In this document: positions 1 to 11,042 of the stretch, in pieces
How the letters are laid out: every line of letters starts with the position of its first letter
How positions within the stretch are numbered: position 1 is the stretch's first letter
Assembly: GCF_006345805.1 (NCBI RefSeq)
Contig: NC_042998.1
Span: 146,072,001 to 146,136,000, forward strand
Length of the DNA stretch: 64,000 bases
Origin: Octopus sinensis
Lineage: Eukaryota
Reading direction: 5' to 3'
The notes under the pieces: model-generated
The model's database searches: none
Seen by the model: the letters and a program-made list of their open reading frames with translations, nothing else
Told to the model about the DNA's origin: nothing
Translations under genes and position numbers: made by a program

Positions 1-484
1 CCCTTACCCTTAAAATTACTGGCCATGTGCCAAAAATTGAAACCATTATTATTTATTATAATATATTTCTTGTTATTCTTAAATCTTTAGAGCATTGTTG
101 CTGTCATATCTTTTAAAAATTAACACTTAATTTTCATTTACGATATTTAGTTTGAATTAAAAATTGACTTCTGTAAACTGAAAGCTATTCTTCAAATCTT
201 CTTTACCTCAATATTTTTAAACATATGAACTTTCTATCAAGACTTGTGTAATCACTTTACTATAATCCCTTTATAAATCCTATTTTATAATTCAATAATG
301 TTACTGGATCAATAATTTAAATCTGAATGAGAGGAAGTCAAATAAATTAATTAATTAATGAGGAAAAAAAATGTTGTTATAAATGTTTTATTTATTAAGT
401 GATGATGGTTTATGTTTTTGTAAATGTTGTATTAGTGGAGCTGAATTAAATTCAATTATTTTGTTTTTATTATTATTATTATAG

Positions 485-596
485 CATGAGGATTATCCGG
501 AACTAGAACTTGGTGAACACAGCATATTTTATAAACTTGGACAAAGTGGACTAATCTCCTTCTCTGATTACATCCTGTTGCTGACTGTACTATCAA
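485..596 (+). CDS. MICU1: MICU1 exon ([37 protein letters not shown])
   Basis: atag acceptor, gtaac donor, 112 nt, ends in phase 1; GLISFSDYI motif. Confidence 0.93.
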
Positions 597-3500
597 GTAA
601 CTTGATCCATTTCCTTCACTTCATATTTTATATCATAATCATTTTTTTTCTCATTCATAGTCTGGTTGTTTGTTTGAGCCTTTACTTTATTTTTTTTTTT
701 TTTTTTCTGTCATAAAATCATTGTCCCTAAAGACTATCTTTCAATGGGTCAAACAGGTGGAAGTTGGAGGACACCAGATCCAGGCTGTACATGCTATATA
801 CCTGCCCATTGCCTTCTCTGTGACCAAAGTTGTGTGCTCTCGCACATTTTCCTGACAAATGGGGATTGTTTTCAGATACTTGTTCTGTCTCTTACTCTGA
901 ATCACCTCTCTTAGTTTATCTTGATGTATCACTTACTGCTCACAGTACAGCTATATTCCACAAAAATAAAAGAGAACAATGCCCTTGTCATTCCAACAAA
1001 CAGTCTCCATGATTTTCTGAGCTGGTTGCTATCTCCTGAACATCAGCCTTGGAGAAAAGATGGAATACCATTCCCTAGACTGAGCCTTTATTTCTTGATC
1101 ATGAAGATATAGCCCTTTTTCATTGTCACCAGGTCAGGAAAATAAATTTTAAAAAACTATCCTTATTGGCTTCAGACAATTCTAGTAGTTCAGAGCAGAC
1201 TCCCACCTTTCTCTTCTTCAAATCAAATGCCATCTGCCAAGTTACTCAGTTTGCATATACCTTTTGATACCCAGAGTCTTCTATTGTGACCAGAGTCCAG
1301 TAAACAGATTGTGACTCATCTGCCACACCAATCAGTTTGTCCATTTGCTGGCAATCACAGTTGATGGTCTTCCAATGCATGGATTGTCTTCAAACTGTGC
1401 ACATTGCCTTCTACATATGCCAAACAACCTGTACCCCTTCTTCATCAAAAACTTGACAGCGTATTGTGTATGCTCACATTATTAGCATGCAATGAAGACG
1501 AACAGGAAGAAAAGTTACTCTACCAGTATGTGCAAGTTGAACAACCTATTTCTATTAATGGAAAAGTTATTCCCACTTTCAAGACAAACCTCATGTGTCT
1601 ATACATGAGATAAGTTTGATAATCTATTATTTGCTTATATTTGCCTTGATCTGTAATAAAATCAGCTTTGATCTCATCCTTTAACATATGCTCAATAGCT
1701 ACAACCAGAAATTCTACTTAACTCCTGTACATATATAATTGCTGACTATGTTTTATATTTGTTGCCCACTGTACTCACTCCTTTGTCTATTTTGACTCAG
1801 TAACTTTACTTATCCTGACTAATACAGTTTCTCTCATAATAATTTCCACTCAATACGTGTCTTTGATAAAGCAGAGTTAAAACATTTCATCTCTAACAAA
1901 TAACAACTGTAATGTTAACATTACAACAAACACTCGTCTAATGTACTGGTTGTGTTAGACTATTGAAGTGTGTTATCATGAAAACACTGCCAAATCAAAA
2001 TTTCCAATAATATGAATTACTTTAATAAGCCCAGCTGTGTTAAAATGTTGCTCATGAAATTTCATTAATGATTCTTTTATCCCCTTGTTAGCTAGAGTGG
2101 TATACAGCTACATAAACTGTTATAGTGGCATAGAAGAAACTAGGAAAAGTTGTAGCTTGTTGGTCAGTGTATGTTGTATATTTTGAGTGAGAAAAATAAT
2201 TCCAAAATATCATATAGAGGGATATGAATTTGCAATCCTTTAGTTAATAATTTAATATTTTATACCCACACACACACATCCTGAATCAAAAATTTCTAAT
2301 ATCTTTTCAGCACCTCAACGAAATTTTGAAATTGCTTTCCAAATGTTTGATTTAAACGGTGATGGTAATGTTGATGCTGAAGAATTTGAAAAGGTTTTCT
2401 TTTTTTAATTTTAAATCTTTATCTGTTTATTTATTTTTGTTAACATTCCTTTTATAACATTTCACTTTAGTTGACAACATATTCACAACTATATTTTGCC
2501 TCATCTTGGTGTTATATTGCTTGACTTCGTCCACTATATCCCTATCTATTTCTATCATTGACCATCTCTCTTACAAACCTCACACTTTCCATCATCTCCC
2601 TATTTTTCACCCATCTACAGTTAGAAAATAATCCCCGTAACAGATTTCTGTGCAGCTTCAGTCTACCAAATTTCATTCTTTAATCTTTGGCCAAAGTGCT
2701 GTGCAGTGGGATTGAACCCAAAGCAACATACATGTCAACAAACATCTTAGCTACTCAGATATACCTCAGGGTTTTTATGGTTTTGTTGCCATTTAAATTG
2801 GTTCCTGCAATGTCTGTTTTTCAATATTGGAACAGCTATGTATATTTAAGAGGGATTTCAAGGTTGGATGCTCTTCCTGTTGCAACCCTTATCTGTTTTC
2901 ATGTCAGGATTTTTTTTTTATTATTATTATTTATGGACTTGAAAGTGCAGAGCAACCAGTCATAATGTAAACATCATCATCAGTTCACTAAAGTGATAGT
3001 AAGCATGTCTCTTTATCATACTTTAACCTTTCACTACCTGACATAAATCCACTTGCCTCTCTTCTGCAACCTCACGCAGTTGAGGGCTCTTTTTTTTTCT
3101 CTTGCAAATTACTCAGCAACCCCATGAGAGCCAATGTCACAAAAATAGCACCCAGTACACTCTGTATAGTGGTTGGCATTTGGAAGGGCACCTAATATTA
3201 GAAACCATTCCAAAGCAGTCCTGCAATTCATTGGATTCTGTCAAACCATCCAACTCAGCCAGCATGGAATGGAAGATATACAAAGTATTATCTGCAGTTG
3301 TTTCCATCTACCAAATTTCCTCCAAGGCAAATGGTTGATTCACAGTTATAGTAAAAGACACCACACACGGGAACTGATCCCAAATCCACATGATTGTGAA
3401 GCAAACACCTAATCACACAGCCATGCCTACACCTATTATGGCACATCTCATTTAGTCGGACTGCATCAGTGTCTTTTGTCTTCTCTGCTATTCAATTTCT

Positions 3501-6500
3501 TGATGTGGTGGTTTGCATATCTCATATCACATGTAGTCCTTCTCTGTCTATCTCCTCTTCTCTTTCCAGGTTCAGCAGATCGTAATGAATCAAACTAGTA
3601 TGGGGATGCGACACAGGGACAGATCAACAACCGGGAATGTCAACAAAGGGGTCAGCTCTGCTTTGTCAACCTTCTTCTTTGGTCCAGATGCCAAGAAGAA
3701 GTTAACTGTTGAAAACTTCCTTGATTTCCAGTTACAGCTACAGAGAGAAATCTTGCAAATTGAGGTATTATTGAAATCCAGCTTTCCTTGATGACATGGG
3801 GGAGGAAGTGGCCACTTTTAAATCATTGAGTACAAAAATGTAACTCTAAATAGCTTAAAACGCTTATTTTTGCAATCATGAAGTTCTGTGCTTCACCCTG
3901 GGCTGCAGAAAGTTATTTGTTCGATTTTACATACACTTTTCTATGCTTAGCATAGATGACATGATTATTGGGGCATTGTTTAAATATTCAGATGCTTTTC
4001 CCGTTGCTAACCTGCATAATAAATCCCACATTGCACTTAGCTTCAAAGGCATAAAGCTAGCAGATGATGATTTGATGGTAGATGGTGGGTGGAGCTAATA
4101 ACCACAATGTCACTGCTGGTAGCTGAGCAATTTATCACAAAAACTCAAATGAAAATACATATATCATCTTTTAATACCAGTTTTTCATGTTGACATGGGT
4201 TTAACGAAGATTATATTAGGAACACAAGCGTTAGTGCAATAATCAATAGCTGGCACTGCAATTACAAGGAAAAAATTTGTTGTTTAATGATTAACTGAGA
4301 CATTCGTTCTCGAAAATCACAGATTTAGTTATTTGCAGGGACACCAGGCATGTCAGAGTAAATTTTGAATTCATTATTAACAGCACTTTGTCCTTCCGGC
4401 CTGTGCTAATTGTCTTTGTTTATTAGAAAATGAGAATTTACATTATTCTGTTCATTGTTGTTTAACATCCACTTTTCCATGTTTACAAGGATTGGCTAGA
4501 ATTTGATGGGGCAGATTTTCAATGCCCAGATGCCCTTTGTGTTGCTAACCTTCATCTGTTTCCAAGTAACATCACTTGTATGAGTATGATACTTGTTGCC
4601 ACTGTCATGTAATATCCAGACAAGGGTGCACACAAACACATACTTATATATATATATAACAAGGGGCTTTTTTCATTTTTTATGTGCCAAACCCACTCAA
4701 GGCTTTGGTTACTTGAGTCTGTAAAAGGCACTTGCCCAAGGTGCTGCACAATGGGACCAAGTCAAAGATATGGTTAAGAAGCAACACATCTATTCTAGAA
4801 AATGACAGGATTTAGTTACTTGCCTTGCTCTAAAGGACACTAGGCTTGAATTCTGATGAACACATCTCTTATCTAATGCTGATTGTTCTTGTTATTTAGA
4901 AAATGAGGATATTATTCTGTTGTCTAAGTAAACAGTTTATTATATTCCCACAGTTTGAACGGTTTGTTACTGAACCAGGACCCAATGCTACAATTAAAGA
5001 AAAAGAATTTGGTGCCATTTTGTTAGCTTATGCTGGGCTTCCTGATAACAAGAAGGTTCGAATGTTAAAACGAGTCAAGAAAAGTTATAAAGACCACTCC
5101 AAGGTAAATCATCATTATTTTAATATTCACTTTACCATACGTGCATGAGTTGGAGTTTAAGGTTACATGCTCCTTTTTGTCACCAACCTTCACTTGCTTC
5201 CAAGATCAGACTTGTTCACAGAATATTAGAAATGAACGAGACTGTTTGGATGAGTGACTCATTTACAACTGTCACACAATGTCAAGACAAGACAACATAA
5301 ACATGTGTGCACATGAGAGGCATCTTTCAGTTTCCGTCTACAAAATCTACTCACAAGGCTTTGGTTGACCCACAACACTTGCCTAGGAACTGAGCCCAAA
5401 ACCATGTAGTTGCTAAGTGAGCTTCTTTACCATATAGCCGTTCCTGCATATACACACTTTGGCATTTTCTCAAAGTAGATCAAATTTATTCACAGCTATT
5501 AATATTTGGATCATTGAAGGTGTTGAGTTGCCAAAATATCCTGCAATATTTCATTTGGTTCCTTATATTTAGAGTTCAAATCCTGCCAATGAAGGTTGGG
5601 AATGAAATAAAAGTACTAATCAAGTACTGGAATCAATGGTATTTACTAAACCATTCTCCCCTTAAAATTGCTGTGTCTAAATTAAAAATAATCATTTGGA
5701 TCATTTCAGGGTATTACCTTAAATGAATACATTGACTTTTGGAAGTTTCTGAAAAGCATCAATGATGTTGATACAGCTCTAAGCTTCTACCACCTTGCTG
5801 GTGTTTCAATTGACAAAGGTAAGTTTTTGTTTCATTACCCTTTTGATATACTGACTTCAGGTACCAGGTTGTTATGATACAAACTCCCCATTTTAAAGTA
5901 ATCTGAATTAAAACCTTCCATAAAAACTTATGCATAAATTTACGTTTCAAACACCAACTTAACTAAATTCTGTGCTCATCTCAGAATCTGAAACAAAGGC
6001 AGTATATTTTGATAAGAATATGATAATGAAACTAAGCTCCAGAAGTTGCAACATTTTATTGTGAACAAGTCTAACATGAGAAATAAGTGTAGAGGAATGG
6101 GGAGCAAGGAAGAACATTTTATATACTGGAGCAATGGTATTAAGGTAAGATTTATATGAAAATATACTTAATCCTGTGCAGTTTTAAGTAAAACAATGGG
6201 CTTAGATATTTAATGTCTTAAAAAATATTCTCCATAATATACTATCTGGGATTTCTACATTTATAATTAATCTTACATGGATCAGATGGAATTCATTGAG
6301 GCAGATTTTCTACAGCTGAACACCCTTCCTTGTTGCCAACCCTCACCCATTTCCAAGCAATGTAATACTACTCCTAATCAAATTTTCATAGGATTAGAAA
6401 TGGACACTGATATGAGTGATGCTTGTTTACAATTATCAGATGTTACATAAAGCCTTTCAGATTTACCAAATCAACTCCCAAAGCTGTAAAAGAACACGAT

Positions 6501-8897
6501 GACCCAGTGTACCATGTGACAGGACTGAACCCTAAACCTTGTGGCCATGCATGCACCTAAATGTTTGAAAGATCGTAACTGATTGCCACAAGTATAATAT
6601 TTACGATATACAACATAGTAATAAGAATTCTTCTATAAGGACAAGGTCTGAAATTTGGGGAAGGGGGGCTTAGTTGATGTAATCTGATGTAACTGATGTA
6701 ACTCCAGTGTGTAACTGATTCTTCATTAACCCAAATAATGAAAGACAAATGAAATATTGTTAAACATTTTGTTTGACTTCCTAACAATCTTGCCTGTTTG
6801 TTTATTAGTAAGTAGTCTCTGGCTGCGAGAGATTAATTAGTAAAACCATTATATGTGTGTATAGTTTCAAAATCCATCTCCTTTGCAAAGCCTAGCTACC
6901 AACTCTGTGTTTTGAGCTGCCTACAAGTTCAGTTTGGCTAAGGTTTAAACTATCTCAAGGATGTCTGACTGCACAAGTTTTCAAGCAAGTTTAAACCTAC
7001 ACTCTGAAATCCTTATAATTCCAGGATTTTAGTGTTTGAAAAAAAAAAGAAAAATCCAAAGCAACAATTTAATGAATATGTTGCCACTTCAGAAACCAAT
7101 CCCACATAGCAGGGGGGCTTAAGATTAAGAGTTTGGGACAATGTAACTTCTTTACTTCCCTTCGTTACTATATTTCTGACCAAAATACACCCCTCATGAG
7201 TTTCAATTAAATTCTAAAATAATCATGAATCTAGGCTTGTTTCATTAAATAACTGTAACTTTTTTACTTATCAACATATTGTGATATTTGGAACATAATT
7301 AAAGAAAGGGTTCTTAATCAATTCTATTGCATAACTTTTGTCTCAAAGTGACTTTAATTACAGGTAAATTGAGCAAAAGGTAAAAATATTAAAATTTTGT
7401 TTAAACATCACCATAGAAAATGAATCATCAGCTAATATTCAAATGGGTATGCAACAAAATTTTGAAAAAGAAGAATTGTGCACATCACTAGATTATCAGT
7501 TGTACCATAAAGGTGGAATACTAGAATCCACCGCAAGTTTGACCGAACTAAAGAAATCGGCCCTGGTTATGGTATGGAAGTGATAAATCCAGACCACATC
7601 ATTCCCCAAGCCATGCTGACTAACAGTTTCCCTGTATAAAAACTAAATCCACAACAGTACCCAGTGTTTGCTTCACAAATTTTCCAAAATTTGAACCCCC
7701 ATTTTGTGTTTGTTTACAATCTGCATAAATTTGTCTTCGAAGTGATCTCTTCAAACTAGCATACTGAAAAAAAATAAAAGTCTAATGGTTTCACTTCCTA
7801 AGAAAGACTATAGATAAACTTTATCTCCTCAGAAAAATTGCTAATAAAAACATTTTTAAAGTTTTTTTTACTTCATTCCTATGTAAAATCGTCTTCGCTG
7901 TCGCCGATTTATTTCTTCAGAATCGCTTTCATTTTCGGATAAAAAAAATCCTATTTTGTACACCACGTGCTTTAAGACCTCATGCATTCTTTTTCTCGAT
8001 ATCTCCCTATTTTCCGTTTGAAAAGCTTTAAATTCGGAATCAATGCTTGATAACATGAAACTCCTATCGATGCCGAAAAAAATCTCCCAAAATTCAAAGT
8101 TGAGATATCATGTCAAGCAATGTCAGATACTATAAGCCAACTATTTACAAAGTGAAATCGCATGTTTTAACGAATGTACCAACAAGATTTTGGTTCAAAT
8201 TCACATTTAAATAACAGGTTCTCACGGCCGGGTTAAATAAAAAAAGGCAACTACTTTTCTCAAAAGTCCCCCACCCCTCAGAAATTTTTACCAAAACATA
8301 ATAGTTACTTTACTGCCAGAAAGTAAACAAAGAACTAATATATCACATTTTTATGTACTGATGAATAAATCTAATCCTTCGTATTTCATTCTTTTTTTTC
8401 AGAAACCTTGAAACATGTTGCCAAGACAGTGGCTAATGTCCAACTAACAGATCATCTTGTGGATTTAGTTTTCACTATATTTGATGAAAACAGTAAGTTT
8501 TGTTCGGGTACTCTTTAGAATTCAGATTACTTTGTCAAATGTAATATTCACATATTTAATCAGAATGCTCATAGCTTCAAGATTTCAATGACCATTTTTT
8601 ATAATGGCATCCTTAGGAGAGGTGTGAGGCTGGAATGTCTTGGCCAGTTTAAATCCAAATGATGCATTAAGTCCATATTTTAAGAAATGCCACGAGACAA
8701 AGCTTTTACATATTTCTATATGAATTTATTTTTTTTTAATTATAGATGATGGTCAACTCAGCAACAAAGAATTTGTGCACGTTATGAAGCAACGAGTAAT
8801 GCGAGGGTTAGAGAAACCTAAAGACACAGGTTTTGTAAAATTGATAAACGCAATGATGAAATGTGCAGTATATCAAACTACAAGCATGTTTGATTAG
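485..8897 (+). CDS. MICU1: MICU1, mitochondrial calcium uptake protein 1, 3' portion: join(485..596,2311..2393,3570..3764,4954..5103,5710..5818,8403..8492,8746..8897); 5' exons lie upstream of the window
   Basis: Seven AG/GT-bounded exons splice in consistent phase into one frame: ...[76 protein letters not shown]...[15 protein letters not shown]...[34 protein letters not shown]...[14 protein letters not shown]. These are recognisable MICU1 motifs, with two canonical EF-hands and the C-terminal Cys. Confidence 0.97.
700..1560 (-). mobile_element. Decayed mariner transposase remnant in a MICU1 intron (ends approximate)
   Basis: Minus-strand fragments [20 protein letters not shown] (YSPDLAPSDFHLF motif), [12 protein letters not shown]...QENVREHT (HDNARPH-like) and ADE (TGDE-like); many frameshifts. 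Confidence 0.75.
2311..2393 (+). CDS. MICU1: MICU1 exon, first canonical EF-hand ([28 protein letters not shown])
   Basis: ttttcag acceptor, AAG|gtttt donor; loop [12 protein letters not shown]. Confidence 0.95.
3570..3764 (+). CDS. MICU1: MICU1 exon ([18 protein letters not shown]...EILQIE)
   Basis: tttccag acceptor, GAG|gtatt donor, 195 nt; lies in the frame of ORF 3585..3791. Confidence 0.95.
4954..5103 (+). CDS. MICU1: MICU1 exon (FERFVTEPG...SYKDHSK)
   Basis: cccacag acceptor, AAG|gtaaa donor, 150 nt; inside ORF 4903..5148. Confidence 0.93.
5710..5818 (+). CDS. MICU1: MICU1 exon ([36 protein letters not shown])
   Basis: tttcag acceptor, G|gtaagt donor, 109 nt. Confidence 0.95.
7158..8250 (-). 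mobile_element. Non-autonomous piggyBac derivative in a MICU1 intron, related to 25906-26884 (right end approximate)
   Basis: 7158-7710 is near-identical to the reverse complement of 26884-26290, including the terminal CCCTTCGTTAC. Confidence 0.85.
8403..8492 (+). CDS. MICU1: MICU1 exon ([30 protein letters not shown])
   Basis: poly-T cag acceptor, A|gtaagt donor, 90 nt. Confidence 0.95.
8746..8897 (+). CDS. MICU1: MICU1 last coding exon ([10 protein letters not shown]...TSMFD*)
   Basis: tatag acceptor; TAG stop at 8895-8897; RGLEKPKD motif and KCA cysteine. Confidence 0.95.
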
Positions 8898-9090
8898 TCT
8901 TTTTACACTTAACACATTTAATGCTAATTTTGTTTTTCAGCTAAAACTTTATATAAGTTTATAATCCTAATATCTATTATTTCACCTTACAGTCCTAAAA
9001 CATCACTAACAACTGCATATCTTCTTGCATTTACTTTGTAAATAATATTAAGTTGAAATATGTTAACTTGTTTGAAAATGCTATTGTTTA

Positions 9091-9096
9091 AATAAA
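9091..9096 (+). terminator. Candidate polyadenylation signal of MICU1
   Basis: AATAAA about 195 nt after the stop codon, just before a SINE copy. Confidence 0.55.
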
Positions 9097-9146
9097 AACT
9101 TTTTACAAACTAGAATGATTTCATTTATAATTAATATGTCTATATT

Positions 9147-9402
9147 AGGAGCAGCGTGTGGTAAGTAGCTTGCTAACCAACCACATGGTGTCTTCTGCTA
9201 TAGCCCCGAGCCAACTAATGCCTTGTGAGTGGATTTGGTAGACGGAAACTGAAAGAAGCCTGTCATATGTATGTTTGTGTCTGTCCCCCACTAGCATTGC
9301 TTGACAACCGATGCTGGTGTGTTTACGTCGCCGTCACTTAGCAGTTCGGCAAAAAGAACAAGTCCCGGGGTCGATTTGCTCGACTGAAACAAGTAAAAGA
9401 AG
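9147..9402 (+). mobile_element. Internally deleted SINE, same family, between the two convergent genes
   Basis: gtgtggtaagtagcttgctaaccaaccacatgg ... gtggatttggtagacggaaactgaaagaagcc ... gactgaaacaagtaaaaga. Confidence 0.85.
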
Positions 9403-10946
9403 CAAAGCAACCTTGTAATAAGTAAAGGATCACGTTTCAATTACTGGGTGCAGTCATCTGGATATACTTTCTTTGGGACTTAACACCAACTTGTGATATC
9501 ATAAGAGAACCTGCATAAAACTTCTGGATCTTCATCTCAGGACATACAACTGCTATCCAGCATAAGATGAAGCTTTTGCCCTGGTAATAATTTTCCAGGT
9601 CATAAAAATCCTATAATTGCTTCTGTGTATGGTAAAAAAAAAAAAAAAATTCTGTAGTATATATAGGTACCAATGTTATATCTAATCAAAAGCAATCGCA
9701 GGCTGTTGGTCCAACTTCTTGTTCCAACCTGAAATATCTAAAAATAAGACTGTTCCATCAAATTGGAATCTTTGCCCAGAAGTGTTTTAGCTACTCCATG
9801 TTTGAAAATCCTCCTGTAACTGTTGGAAGGGTTGTCCATATCTGTATCTTGATCAAAACTGTCAAGTACATCCACCTGTTACTTTAGAAATCTTTCAGTG
9901 CCACCAAAGTTCTCTATATTTAGATTTTGAAGACCATCCCTATCAGAAGATACTTCAAATGTTCTTTATTCTTTGCATTGTAGACATTCAAACCCTGTCA
10001 CCTGTTACGTTTAAGGCAATATGATTTTGCAAAACTACCAACTTTAAATGCATGTATTAAACGTCTTAGCAATAAAATATCATCCAAGCTGCTGTATAAA
10101 AATCTGCAATTTTAATGAAATTACCATCCACATAAGCTCAATGGTTGTGGCTAAACTAAATGACTTGATATGGTCCAACTCTTCCTATCCATATAGGATG
10201 CTTACAATAGACTCCTGCTGTTGAGTATAAATGCCTCAAGACCAAATGCACAGCTAACTACTTTAGTCACACCCATTCTTGTTCTAACATTTAGCCAGAT
10301 GATACAAAACTCACATTACATGCAATGCTCTGTCAAAAGAGTTTAACCAACATTCAAATATACATTTACAAGCTCCAGTTAATAACACAAAACTCATTCA
10401 ATAGTAAAAGCCTTTATACATAAAAGATGTTACATTGAAATTTCTAAAGTGATATTATCTAGCAATTAGGAAAACAATTGTTCATAGAATGGTGGTGATG
10501 AAATACTTTGAGGTGTGAAATGTTTTAAAGCAGAGCCAGTGGCATACAGCATCATCAAAAAAGTTTTTTTTTTTAAGTTGCACAATTTTTAGCAACACTA
10601 CCACCTACTGCCAAAAGCTACCCCCAACTGGATGGATGATTCTTAATGCATTAAAAAGAAAAATGCATTTAAGCTCCATGGTAAAATCCTTAGTTTCCTC
10701 CTCATCTATGAATTTAATGATTATGAAATTTGCTATAGAATCTGAAACGTAACTTTACCATGAATTCACTTATTTGAAAGTCTTATTCAAAAACTGCTTT
10801 CTCCAAATGATGATGCATTGATGTAAAATTTTTGTTTTTAGGCTTAGAATCTACTCCGCAATGTTGTCATGTTCATAAATTCTCCATTGTCAAGCTTCAT
10901 GTAGAGCAAGAGGTTGTTGACAGACCAGATCAAACCCAAAACTCAC

Positions 10947-11042
10947 CCCCGTAATTGTTCATTGCTGCTCCCATACCACCCCCCATGCCACCTCCCATGC
11001 CACCCCCCATGCCACCACCACTGTTGAAGTCAGACATGAAAT
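10947..11042 (-). CDS. HNRNPH1: hnRNP H/F Gly/Met-rich exon ([32 protein letters not shown])
   Basis: ttttcag acceptor; G|gtgagt donor at 10946. If that donor is not used, the frame ends ...GEFWV* about 17 nt further on. Confidence 0.85.

Noticed and set aside
2391-2400. Weak MICU1 donor AAG|GTTTTC
   Set aside because: Still GT and required for the conserved frame; nothing in the sequence points to alternative use.
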